The position numbers and the translations under genes were made by a program. Below the pieces are notes generated by a model. It was not told where the DNA came from. It was given only the letters and a program-made list of their open reading frames with translations, and did not search any database. Below, piece after piece: positions 21,730-33,213 of a stretch of 64,000 bases of DNA. How positions within the stretch are numbered: position 1 is the first letter of the stretch; each line of letters starts with the position of its first letter. Source of the DNA: Opitutus sp. GAS368 (lineage in GTDB: Bacteria > Verrucomicrobiota > Verrucomicrobiia > Opitutales > Opitutaceae); contig CAMAVZ010000004.1 in the NCBI GenBank assembly GCA_945861645.1, forward strand, positions 18,777 through 82,776, in the 5' to 3' direction.

Positions 21730-22476
21730 ATGACCTTTGATCTGGGGCAATGGGTGCTGTTATTTCTCGGGGCCCTAGTCGTGGGATTAGCGAAGACCGG
21801 TATCCCGGGAGTCAGCATTTTATTTGTGGGCCTGCTCGCCAATGCGATGCCGGCCCGACAGGCAACGGGGGTGATTTTGCCCCTCCTGATTTTGGGCGAT
21901 GTTTTTGGGGTATTGCTTTATCGGCGGCATACGGAGTGGCGACATTTGGGGAAATTATTTCCCTGGACGATGGCCGGGGTGGTGATCGGCTGGTTGGCGC
22001 TCGGCCATATTGACGATGGGCAGACGAGGCGATTACTTGGAGCGATCCTCGCCGTGATGCTGATCTTGCATTACTGGCGAAAATTTCGGCCCGCTCCCGA
22101 TGATACTTTGGTCGCACATGCTCCGCTCTGGGTGGCGGCTGGCACCGGCTTGTTGGCTGGGTTCACCACTTTGGTGGCGAATGCGGCGGGATCGGTGATG
22201 ACTATTTACCTACTGGCCATGCGCCTGCCTAAGATGGGCTTTCTCGGTACCAATGCGGTTTTCTTTCTCTTACTCAATTGGTTCAAGGTGCCCTTCATGG
22301 TTAATTTAGGGCTCATTAACCACGACAGCTTGGCCTTAAATCTTAAGTTGGCCCCCGCGGTCATCGTGGGTTGCCTCATCGGCCGTTATGCAGCGGCCAG
22401 AATGAACCAGCAGGTGTTCGAGCAGACCGCTTTGCTCTTAACCGGCCTAGCGACGGTTAAATTGCTTATCTTTTAA
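21730..22476 (+). CDS. TauE/SafE (sulfite exporter) family membrane protein
   Basis: GLAKTGIPG, GLLAGFTTLVANAAG and NWFKVPF; about 8 TM segments. Confidence 0.85.
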   Translation: MTFDLGQWVLLFLGALVVGLAKTGIPGVSILFVGLLANAMPARQATGVILPLLILGDVFGVLLYRRHTEWRHLGKLFPWTMAGVVIGWLALGHIDDGQTRRLLGAILAVMLILHYWRKFRPAPDDTLVAHAPLWVAAGTGLLAGFTTLVANAAGSVMTIYLLAMRLPKMGFLGTNAVFFLLLNWFKVPFMVNLGLINHDSLALNLKLAPAVIVGCLIGRYAAARMNQQVFEQTALLLTGLATVKLLIF

Positions 22477-22625
22477 AATTTAGGGTCGAATGAATCAGGG
22501 CGTGAGCTCTAGGGGAAGCATGTTAGGGAATTTAGCCACTGAGGGGAAAATCGAGTCGCAAGACACTCCCCCGGTTAAGGCCGGAGTCTCGCCGCGAATT
22601 TAACGATACCCAGCGCCGCGGAGCA

Positions 22626-22662
22626 CGCTCGGTTGGTAATATATTATATTACAAACCGAGCG
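22626..22662. repeat. 17-bp near-perfect intergenic palindrome
   Basis: CGCTCGGTTGGTAATAT-ATT-ATATTACAAACCGAGCG, with one mismatch. Confidence 0.85.
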
Positions 22663-22879
22663 AGGTGCGTTAGCCTAAAGGTAATGCGCCGTGATCGGGG
22701 GTGGGTCCCTGGAGCTTGGTGGGCGGGCGGTGTGGCTGGGGCAGGATTTTAACGGGAGAGCCTAGTGGGGGGGGAGTTGAACAGTAAATTTCCCCCTCGG
22801 CGCTTTGGGTCTGGCTGAATAATTCATTTGTCGGCTTGCAGAAATTGCGGGTGACCGCTCAGTAAAGAGAAAGAAAATT

Positions 22880-24562
22880 ATGTTCTACCCCCCATTGCTA
22901 CTCAACAGCTCAAGTTCACGCAGAAATCTGCTTCACCACCTCGCTTGGCTGCGGGTCTTTATTTTTGCCGCCCTTGGTGGGGTGCTTAATTTTGCTTTCG
23001 CGGAGCCCACAAATACGGCCCCAGTGCCCGGTTTGGTTGGGCCGATCTTTAACCAAGATAGCACTGATTTCTTTTTTGAGCGTTCGCGCGAAGAAATAAG
23101 CGGAGAGTTAGTGGATGCTTACATCGACCAACTCGCGCAGGATGGGGTGCGGACCTTCATCTCCTGCGTCAACGCCATGCGTGCGAATTACGCAAGCCGG
23201 GTGTGGGAGTCGGACTGGACGGGGTACGATGAAGCGGGTCCCGACAATCAGCCCATTTTGCGCTATTTAGCCCCAGGGGCCATTGTCCCGACGCGCCGCC
23301 GGTTGGACTCCGCGAAACGCTTAGCGGATCTGGGCGTCAATTTTCATCAACGCGCCTTGGCTCGCTGTCGCCAATTAGGAGTGGGGGCTTGGGTCAGCGT
23401 GCGGATGAATGACGTCCATGACTGCACCTTGGAAGACTCCCCGCTGTTGAGCAGTTTTTTCAAAGCACAGCGAGCGGCGGGTCAGTTGCGGGCGCCGCAT
23501 CGCAACGCCTCGTGGCCTGATCGAGCGCTCGATTGGGAGCGGCCAGAAGTTCAGGAGCATTATTTCAAATTAGTCTGTGAACAATTAGAAACCCTCGATC
23601 TGGATGGGCTGGAATTAGATTGGATGCGCTTTGTTTATCATTTCCGGCCAGGGCATGAATTAGCCGGTGGGCGCAGCGTGACGGCTTGGCTGCAACGGGT
23701 GCGCGCCGAATGCGCTCGCGCGGCGGTGCGCCTTGGTCATCCCGTGCGTTTGAGTGTGCGCGTGCCCTCGCGGCCGGAGACCGCGCGGCGGTGCGGCCTC
23801 GACGCCGTGGCGTGGGCGCAGGCCGGTCTGATCGACTTAATCGTGGCGACACCTTTTTGGGCAACGGCGGAATTTGATCTGCCGATGCTCGAGTGGAAAC
23901 GTTTGCTTGCGGGCACGGGGGTGTCGATCGCCGGCGGTTTGGAGATTCGCTACCAACCGGTCCCCAATGGCAAAGCCACTGCCATGACGCCAGAATTGGC
24001 GGCCGGCGCGGCGATGGCGTTGCTCCACAATGGGGGCGATTACGTTTATTTATTTAATTATTTTCCGGGTCGGCCTGGCTCCAATAAAGTCTGGTCGGGC
24101 GATTTGTATCGGACTTGGGGGGCGGAGCGCTACCGCGCATTCGTGCAGGCGCTGAGCACTAGCAAAAAACTTGAACCACTCGCGCGCACGCATGCGGTGA
24201 CGTATCGCGATATTCGTGCCCCCGGGGATCCGATTGAGTATACGTTACCTGGGACGGATCTGCGCAAAGATATGCCCTGGCCTTCTGGCTGTGCCATTCG
24301 CTTACCCACCGGCCCGCAGCCAGTCGGGCGCGCCGTTAAACTGATGATCGAATTTGCACCCGGGACCACGGCGCCGGAAAAATTAAATGTCTACGTGAAT
24401 AGCGTGAAATTTACCGCGCAGCCCGGCCCCGCTGGTTTAGAATATAGCTATGTCATCCCGAGCCTGGCGATGCAGAATGAGGCGCAGGTTATCGAGATCA
24501 CTGGCGACCAAGGGGCGCTATTCAGTGTGCTGCGCTTAGAAATGACGATCGCCGCGCCGTGA
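22880..24562 (+). CDS. Secreted hypothetical protein, probable TIM-barrel glycoside hydrolase-like (GHL10-type)
   Basis: Signal-peptide-like N-terminus (…NFAFAEP), with SVRMNDVH, LDGLELDWMRF and VYLFNY motifs. Confidence 0.55.
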   Translation: MFYPPLLLNSSSSRRNLLHHLAWLRVFIFAALGGVLNFAFAEPTNTAPVPGLVGPIFNQDSTDFFFERSREEISGELVDAYIDQLAQDGVRTFISCVNAMRANYASRVWESDWTGYDEAGPDNQPILRYLAPGAIVPTRRRLDSAKRLADLGVNFHQRALARCRQLGVGAWVSVRMNDVHDCTLEDSPLLSSFFKAQRAAGQLRAPHRNASWPDRALDWERPEVQEHYFKLVCEQLETLDLDGLELDWMRFVYHFRPGHELAGGRSVTAWLQRVRAECARAAVRLGHPVRLSVRVPSRPETARRCGLDAVAWAQAGLIDLIVATPFWATAEFDLPMLEWKRLLAGTGVSIAGGLEIRYQPVPNGKATAMTPELAAGAAMALLHNGGDYVYLFNYFPGRPGSNKVWSGDLYRTWGAERYRAFVQALSTSKKLEPLARTHAVTYRDIRAPGDPIEYTLPGTDLRKDMPWPSGCAIRLPTGPQPVGRAVKLMIEFAPGTTAPEKLNVYVNSVKFTAQPGPAGLEYSYVIPSLAMQNEAQVIEITGDQGALFSVLRLEMTIAAP

Positions 24563-24617
24563 GTCTCACAAATGGTTTTGGTTGCGAGGGCTTTCGTGTA
24601 TAACTCGAACTTACCAT

Positions 24618-25196
24618 ATGGCGCGAACTTCGGTCCGACAACTTTGGCAGGCAAAACTCGAAGGTAAAATTGCGCCGGCCGCTTGGCCAGTGGCGCCGAT
24701 GCTGACGCGCTCCTCTTTTCATGGGCGCGTCCTCGGCATCGATCCCAGCTTGCGCGGTACCGGGTTAGCCTTGTTGGAGTTTAGTCCGGGTCGTTCCCCG
24801 GTGATGTTGCGCTGTCAAACGGTTAAGCTGCCCGCGAAGCATTCGATGGCGCAATGTTTGGGGGAGATTCATCGGGCGGTGGCGCTTTTTGTGGCCGACT
24901 TTGATCCTAGGCATGTGGCGCTTGAGCAGACGATCTACGTGCAAAATTTTCAGACCGCCCAAATTTTAGGGGCCGCGCGCGGGGCGGCAATTTCGGCCGC
25001 GGCGTTGCGCGAAAAAGAAATTTTTGAATATGCCCCGTTGCGCGTTAAACAGGCTGTCACGGGAATGGGCCGCGCGAGTAAGGAGCAGATGGCGCGGACC
25101 GTGATGGCGATGCTGGGGCATGGTCGCACGCTCGCTTTCGATGAAGCCGATGCCGCCGGGGTGGCCCTGTGCCACGCATTTACTTGGCGGGCTTAA
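24618..25196 (+). CDS. ruvC: Holliday junction resolvase RuvC
   Basis: LGIDP, ALEQ, GAARG, EYAP..VKQAVTG.GRASKEQ and DEADA. Confidence 0.95.
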   Translation: MARTSVRQLWQAKLEGKIAPAAWPVAPMLTRSSFHGRVLGIDPSLRGTGLALLEFSPGRSPVMLRCQTVKLPAKHSMAQCLGEIHRAVALFVADFDPRHVALEQTIYVQNFQTAQILGAARGAAISAAALREKEIFEYAPLRVKQAVTGMGRASKEQMARTVMAMLGHGRTLAFDEADAAGVALCHAFTWRA

Positions 25197-25214
25197 TGTG
25201 CTCGGCGTCTGGCG

Positions 25215-27887
25215 TCACTTGCCGAGGACGGAGCGTAGGCTTTTTCCGAGGTCACCGACTCGGTAGGGCTTGGTTAAGTAGTCGCAGAAGCCTAAGTCGA
25301 GATACTGGCGGCGCATGTCATCATTGTCGTACCCGCTGGTCACAATGGCACAAACTTGGGGGTCGAGTTCGCGCAGCAGTTTGAAGGTCTCTTCTCCGCC
25401 CATCCCTCCGATGATCGTGAGGTCCATGATGACGGTGTCGTACGGCCGGCCGATATTGAGATAGCGCTTATAGAATTGGATGGCTTCCTCGCCGTTTTTG
25501 GCGAGGTCAGTTTTGTAGCCGAGACTCCCGAGCATCTCACTGGTTAGTGCACAAATCTGGGGATCATCATCCATGAAAAGAATGCGGCCGGTGCCAAAGC
25601 GCAGACTTGGCGCGCGGCGCGCTTCAATTTCCTCTGGTTTATCCGCTTGGGGTAGGTAGACGGTGAAGGCCGTACCGACGCCCACATCTGATTGGACGCT
25701 GATTTGCCCATTGTGCTGCTTGATATTGGCCAAAACTGTCGCAAGCCCGAGGCCTGTGCCCGTTTTTTTGGTCGTAAAAAAAGCGTCGTAAATATTAGCG
25801 AAATGCTCGGGCTTGATGCCGCCGCCATTGTCGCGCACTTCTATCGCCACGTAAGTATCGGCCGGCAGCGGCGGGACTTCGCCTGCCGCCAGTTTGACGT
25901 TTTTGGCCCTGATCCAAATGCCGCCGCGGCCCGTGGTCATGGACTGGATCGCGTTGATAATTAAATTTTGAAAAACCTGCAGGATTTGTCCGCGATCAAC
26001 GCAAATGGCACTGAGGTCGGGTTCCACCTGCAGATCGAAGTGCACGGTTGAACCGACCGCCGCGAGGCGGATGCTATCCTGCAGGAGATCAGCGGGCTTG
26101 ATTACTTGGCGCACGGTGGTCCCGCCTTTAGCAAAAGTGAGAAGTTGCTTACTGAGACTTTTTGCCGCCAGGCAAGCGCGCTCACTATTTTCCAGGCCGG
26201 CGGGGTCCCGCGCATCCTTGGCCATGGAAATTCCGCCCAGAATAGTGGTGAGTAAATTATTAAAGTCGTGCGCGATGCCCCCTGCGAGTTGACCGAGTGA
26301 TTCAAAGCGGTTGGCGCGTACGAGTTCTTCCGGGGTCAGGGTCATCTCGTCGGGGTTGCGGAAAACGACGACCGTCCCGATCGCGCGGCCCACTTCATTA
26401 ATCACGGCGCGGGTACTGAAGGCGATCGGTACGGCTGGAGCGGCGCCGCGGTCAAGGGAGAATTCAGTGTTGAGGGTGGTGGCTTCGCCGCTGGTGAGCG
26501 CTTTCGCAATGGGGCTTTCCCCGGATTGCCCGCTGAGACGATGGGTTAGGCGAAAAAATTCACCCGCGGGTTGTCCGATAATTTCTTCGGCGGTGCCGCC
26601 GAGAAATTTTTCCGCTTGGGCATTGATGAAAATAACTCGCCCAGTGGCATCAGTCAGCAGCACAGCTTCCTGCATTTCGCCTAAGAGGGTCGCGAGATGG
26701 GCGGCGGGTAGTTCTGGGCTGGGCTCAGTCGACCGCGCAGTCGGGGTGGACCCTTCTGGCATAGGCGCAATGAAGCCCAGCACGCGCTGGAGTTCCTTCC
26801 GGCGTGAGATGTGCCGAACGATGCCCGCGTGGACTAAGAGCTCTCGCCCATCGTGGTGGCGCAGCCGCAAATTATCAAAATAGGCTATCTGATTCGGATG
26901 CTGGGCGAGAAAATAGGCGGGCAGTCCCCCCGCGGTTTCGTCCATGGGGAGCGTGCGCAAAAAAGATTCGAGCGAATCAGGTAGCTCATGCTCCGCATAA
27001 CCGAGTTGAGCGCGAAAACCGGCGGAGAGCCAGGCGAGCCCTTGAGAAAAATTAAGGTCAAACACGCCGAGGCGTCCGCGGTCGGCAATTTCGAGCAACC
27101 GTTCTTCCGCCCGGAGAGTGGTTTCTTCTACTTCCTTCCGCTCGCTGATATCGAGATGCGCGCCGATCACACGCTGCAACGCGCCATTCGGTCCGTAAAT
27201 CTGCATGCCGACGCTTTGCAGCCACACGTAGTAACCCGACGCATGCTTCATGCGAAATTCGAGGGCGAATTGCCGCGAGCCGGTGGCGCCGCCTCGACCT
27301 TGCCGGTCGGGCGCCGCGGCGGAGTCATCGGGGTGAATCAGGGTTAGCCAAGTTTCGTAGGTGTTGGGCAGCGCCGCGTCGGTGTAGCCCAGTAACCGTT
27401 TCCAAGTGGGCGAATAATAAACCTCTTGCTTGAGGAAATTGAGATCAAAGAAACCCAGCGGGCTGCGCTCATTGAGTTGCGCGAGAAAATTATCGGGCAC
27501 CGGGGCCGGCGTGACCACGATCGGCCGCGGGGGAGCCGTGATCGCCAGGCGGTTTAGCAGCGCGAGATAGCGCCCCGGCTCATCACTAATTTTTTCGAGG
27601 CGCAACCAGACGGCAAAAGCGGGGGTCTCGGTCGGTTGGATTTTCAGTTCGAGGGTTTGGGCCTGCGCGGCGGCCAGCACCACTTCCCATCGTAAGGCGA
27701 TCCAGTCCGCTTCTTGGGCAGTCAGGTCAAAGCTGAAAAGCGTGGGCAGGAACGCATTGACCAGCGGGGTAGCCGTGCCGGCCCAAAGTTCTCGAGCCGG
27801 CGCATTAGCAATCTCCACGCGTCCATCAGCCGCGAGCACCAGCACCGCGGTGGCTAGTTCAGCGGTCGTGGGGCGATGAGTGAGCAT
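25215..27887 (-). CDS. Hybrid sensor histidine kinase (multiple PAS, HisKA, HATPase, REC)
   Basis: PAS/PAC segments (IHPDD, YVWL), GGIAHDFNNLLT, FFTTKKTGTGLGL and a receiver with MDDD...MDL...KPY. Confidence 0.93.
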   Translation of the reverse strand: MLTHRPTTAELATAVLVLAADGRVEIANAPARELWAGTATPLVNAFLPTLFSFDLTAQEADWIALRWEVVLAAAQAQTLELKIQPTETPAFAVWLRLEKISDEPGRYLALLNRLAITAPPRPIVVTPAPVPDNFLAQLNERSPLGFFDLNFLKQEVYYSPTWKRLLGYTDAALPNTYETWLTLIHPDDSAAAPDRQGRGGATGSRQFALEFRMKHASGYYVWLQSVGMQIYGPNGALQRVIGAHLDISERKEVEETTLRAEERLLEIADRGRLGVFDLNFSQGLAWLSAGFRAQLGYAEHELPDSLESFLRTLPMDETAGGLPAYFLAQHPNQIAYFDNLRLRHHDGRELLVHAGIVRHISRRKELQRVLGFIAPMPEGSTPTARSTEPSPELPAAHLATLLGEMQEAVLLTDATGRVIFINAQAEKFLGGTAEEIIGQPAGEFFRLTHRLSGQSGESPIAKALTSGEATTLNTEFSLDRGAAPAVPIAFSTRAVINEVGRAIGTVVVFRNPDEMTLTPEELVRANRFESLGQLAGGIAHDFNNLLTTILGGISMAKDARDPAGLENSERACLAAKSLSKQLLTFAKGGTTVRQVIKPADLLQDSIRLAAVGSTVHFDLQVEPDLSAICVDRGQILQVFQNLIINAIQSMTTGRGGIWIRAKNVKLAAGEVPPLPADTYVAIEVRDNGGGIKPEHFANIYDAFFTTKKTGTGLGLATVLANIKQHNGQISVQSDVGVGTAFTVYLPQADKPEEIEARRAPSLRFGTGRILFMDDDPQICALTSEMLGSLGYKTDLAKNGEEAIQFYKRYLNIGRPYDTVIMDLTIIGGMGGEETFKLLRELDPQVCAIVTSGYDNDDMRRQYLDLGFCDYLTKPYRVGDLGKSLRSVLGK

Positions 27888-27901
27888 GGACTGGCCGAGC
27901 G

Positions 27902-28963
27902 TTAGACCGAGCGCGGCGCCAGCTGGGCGGCGCTCAGCGGTTGGCCTTGGGCCCAGCGGCTCACCCGTTGCTCGAGAAAATCAATCCAAACCGTCTGGTC
28001 ATTGAGGCAGGGAATATGCTGAAAAGATTCGCCGCCGGCTGCCTTGAAATCTTCGGCGCCCTCCATGCGGATTTCTTCGAGCGTCTCCAGACAATCGGTC
28101 ACAAATGCGGGCGTAATAACGATCAGACGTTTTTTCCCCTCGCGCGGCAGGCGTTCGAATTCAAAATCCGTGTACGGCGAAATCCAGGGCTCGCCCGCGA
28201 TGCGTGATTGAAAGGAGATCGACCATTTTTTGGCATCGAGCCCGGCGCGGCGCACAAATTCGTGGGTCGTGCGGGTGACTTGCGCTTTGTAGCAGGTGGC
28301 GTGGGCGGGACTGCAGGTGGTGCAACAGTCGGGCACGATTTGACAATGGGCGTGCGAGGAGTCGGCCTTCGTCAGGTGACGGACAGGAATCCCGTGGTAG
28401 CTGAAAAGCAGATGGTCGTGCGGCTGGCTAAAATAAGGGCGGGCACTTTCGACTAGCGCGTGAATGTAATCCTCGTCCGCGTAGTAGGGGAGCACGGACT
28501 CTATTTTCATCGTCGGGGCGATTTTAGCTGCTTCGCGGTATACTTTGGCGACGACCGTTTCCCAGCTCGACATCGCATAATGCGGGTACTGGGGAAAGAG
28601 CAGGAGTCGATCTACGCCTTGCGCCGCTAGGCGGGTCAGGGCTTCCGCGATCGAGGGGCGGGCATAGTTCATCGCCAGTTCAATCGGTAGATCGACCCGC
28701 GCTTGGAGCTTGGCCTGCGCGTGCTGACTCGTGACGACTAACGGAGAGCCGGCGTCGGTCCAGACTTGCTCATAAGCATGCGCCGATTTTTTAGCGCGGA
28801 ACGGAATGATGATGCCATTGACCAGCAGCCAACGTCCAGGCTGGGGGGGGCGATCAATGACGCGCTCATCGCCGAGAAATTCCCGAAGGTAGCGCTTCAC
28901 ATCTGGGATGGAAGTGGAATCAGGAGACCCGAGGTTGAGCAGGAGGACGGCCGGCTTGGACAT
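27902..28963 (-). CDS. hemH: Ferrochelatase
   Basis: LLNLGSP, FSYHGIP, FQSR, W.SP.T, FVTDCLETLEE and PCLND. Confidence 0.96.
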   Translation of the reverse strand: MSKPAVLLLNLGSPDSTSIPDVKRYLREFLGDERVIDRPPQPGRWLLVNGIIIPFRAKKSAHAYEQVWTDAGSPLVVTSQHAQAKLQARVDLPIELAMNYARPSIAEALTRLAAQGVDRLLLFPQYPHYAMSSWETVVAKVYREAAKIAPTMKIESVLPYYADEDYIHALVESARPYFSQPHDHLLFSYHGIPVRHLTKADSSHAHCQIVPDCCTTCSPAHATCYKAQVTRTTHEFVRRAGLDAKKWSISFQSRIAGEPWISPYTDFEFERLPREGKKRLIVITPAFVTDCLETLEEIRMEGAEDFKAAGGESFQHIPCLNDQTVWIDFLEQRVSRWAQGQPLSAAQLAPRSV

Positions 28964-29054
28964 GGTGCTTAAAGGGTAGTTTTCGTGCCGAATGTCAATC
29001 GGTGGAGTAGCATTTTTGATTGCTCGAAGTGAAAGTAAATCGGACAACAACGCC

Positions 29055-30647
29055 ATGACTGCGTTGCGTCCACCTGTCTTGCTGATTATCCGCGATGGCT
29101 GGGGCCAAAACCCTCAGCCTGAGCAAAATAAATTTAATGCAGTGCATTTGGCCCAGAAACCCTGCGATGACCAGCTGCACGCCCGCTATCCTCGTACCTT
29201 AGTGGCGGCGAGTGGATTGGATGTAGGCTTGCCTGACGGCCAAATGGGCAATTCGGAAGTGGGGCATGAAAACATCGGCGCTGGGCGCATCGTCGATCAG
29301 GAACTAGTGCGGCTGAATAAATTATTTTCCGAGCAGCAACTCGCGTCCAATCCCGTCTGGCGCGCCGCCGTCGCACGGGTGCAAGCCACGCCCTTGGCGA
29401 AACTCCACTTAATGGGCCTCGTTTCTGATGGTGGTGTCCACGGCATGCTGGAGCATCTCTACGGGATTTTGCGTCGGGCGAAAGCGGATGGGCTGACGTC
29501 AGCCCAGGTGTTTATTCATGCTTTTACCGATGGCCGCGATACGCCGCCGCAGAGTGGGCTCGGCTATATTCAGCAGCTGGAAGTTAAATTGCGGGAGATC
29601 GGCCTCGGGCAGATCGCGACAGTTTGCGGCCGCTTCTGGGCCATGGATCGCGACAACCGCTGGGAGCGCGTGCAAAAAGCTTATGATCTGCTGACTGGGC
29701 GTCAGGCGATGGCGACGGCCCGCAGCGCGGAAGCGGCCATTGCTAATTATTACGCGCAGCCACTCAGTCCGACGCAGCAAGGCGATGAATTTGTGCCCGC
29801 CACATGGCTGGTGGACGCCGCCGGCCGACCGCTCGCCACCATCGGCGATGGTGATGCGGTGCTTTTTTATAATTACCGCGGGGATCGTCCGCGGGAAATC
29901 ACGAAGGCTTTTGTCCTCGATAATTTTAAAGCATTTTCCCGGGGTAAGAAGCTCGATCTCTATTACGCCACAATGACCGAGTATGAGGCTGGCTTGCCGG
30001 TTCACGTGATCGCGGGTAAGCCGGCCGCTTTAAAAAATATTCTAGGACAAGTCGTGAGTGACGCGGGCATCGGGCAATTTCGCTGCGCGGAGACCGAGAA
30101 GAATCCGCACGTTACTTTTTTCTTTAACAACTACCGCGGCCCGCCGTTCCCGGGCGAGGATCGCGCTGGTCCGGCCAGTCCCAAGGTGCCGACTTATGAT
30201 CTGCAGCCTGAAATGTCTGCGGCCGAGGTGACCGCCGCCGCCGAAGCAGCGATCCTTTCTGGTCAGTATGGTCTCATTGTCGTGAATTACGCTAATCCGG
30301 ACATGGTCGGCCACACCGGTTCGCTGCCCGCGGCGATCAAGGCCTGTGAAGCGACTGATCGTGGGGTGGGGACCTTGCTTACCGCACTGGCTAAGATGAA
30401 GGGCCAAGCGGTGATTCTGGCCGATCACGGCAATGCTGAGCAGATGTGGGACCCTGTTAATAACGGACCCCATACTGCGCACACGCTCAACTTGGTTGAA
30501 GTTTTCGTCGTCGGCGCAGGGTTTGTCGCCGGTCAGACTAAGATGCGCGCCGGCGGTCGCCTAGCCGACATCGCGCCCACGGTTCTCCATCTCATGGGGT
30601 TGCCCCAACCGATTGAGATGACTGGTCAGAATTTGATTTTAGGTTGA
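29055..30647 (+). CDS. gpmI: 2,3-bisphosphoglycerate-independent phosphoglycerate mutase
   Basis: GQMGNSEVGH, SDGGVH, DGRD, AMDRD, NPDMVGHTG and ADHGNAE. Confidence 0.97.
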   Translation: MTALRPPVLLIIRDGWGQNPQPEQNKFNAVHLAQKPCDDQLHARYPRTLVAASGLDVGLPDGQMGNSEVGHENIGAGRIVDQELVRLNKLFSEQQLASNPVWRAAVARVQATPLAKLHLMGLVSDGGVHGMLEHLYGILRRAKADGLTSAQVFIHAFTDGRDTPPQSGLGYIQQLEVKLREIGLGQIATVCGRFWAMDRDNRWERVQKAYDLLTGRQAMATARSAEAAIANYYAQPLSPTQQGDEFVPATWLVDAAGRPLATIGDGDAVLFYNYRGDRPREITKAFVLDNFKAFSRGKKLDLYYATMTEYEAGLPVHVIAGKPAALKNILGQVVSDAGIGQFRCAETEKNPHVTFFFNNYRGPPFPGEDRAGPASPKVPTYDLQPEMSAAEVTAAAEAAILSGQYGLIVVNYANPDMVGHTGSLPAAIKACEATDRGVGTLLTALAKMKGQAVILADHGNAEQMWDPVNNGPHTAHTLNLVEVFVVGAGFVAGQTKMRAGGRLADIAPTVLHLMGLPQPIEMTGQNLILG

Positions 30648-30801
30648 TAGGCACAGGGGCTGGGTGGCCCAATTTTTTTCGGGCGGGCCACCGCTGTTAT
30701 CCGCTGGGGCGCATAATAAGGGCGTGCCGTCTCGTGTCATAGGGGGTTAAATTCTGATTGCCCCGATTGGGGCCGGGCCGTTTGTTTGCGTGTTCTGCAC
30801 T

Positions 30802-32972
<2,171 letters not shown>

Positions 32973-33000
32973 GCTCCACCAGCCTGTGCTCGCGGCGATC

Positions 33001-33030
33001 GCCGGTCACTCAATGAGGGCCGGCTTTTTT
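33001..33030 (+). terminator. Intrinsic terminator after P-II copy 1
   Basis: GCCGGTC...GGCCGGC hairpin followed by T6. Confidence 0.7.
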
Positions 33031-33175
33031 GTGCCCCGTTAGCTGCCCTGCATTGGGCCCGAGCGATCAGTCGCTTTTGGTGCCGCGGTCGGGGCCTGCT
33101 CCGATGCCTTTAGCTAAAGCCTTGGTGCCATGGGGCCGGGAAAAAATAACGGCTACCGCATATATTTTTTATGCA

Positions 33176-33191
33176 TGGCATCATAGTTGCT
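33176..33191 (+). promoter_or_regulatory. Sigma-54 (-24/-12) promoter for amtB-glnK
   Basis: TGGCATCATAGTTGCT has GG-N10-GC and matches the TGGCA-N6-TTGC consensus. It lies 22 nt upstream of the amtB ATG. Confidence 0.8.
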
Positions 33192-33213
33192 TAAGAGAAG
33201 ATGAGCACACTCT

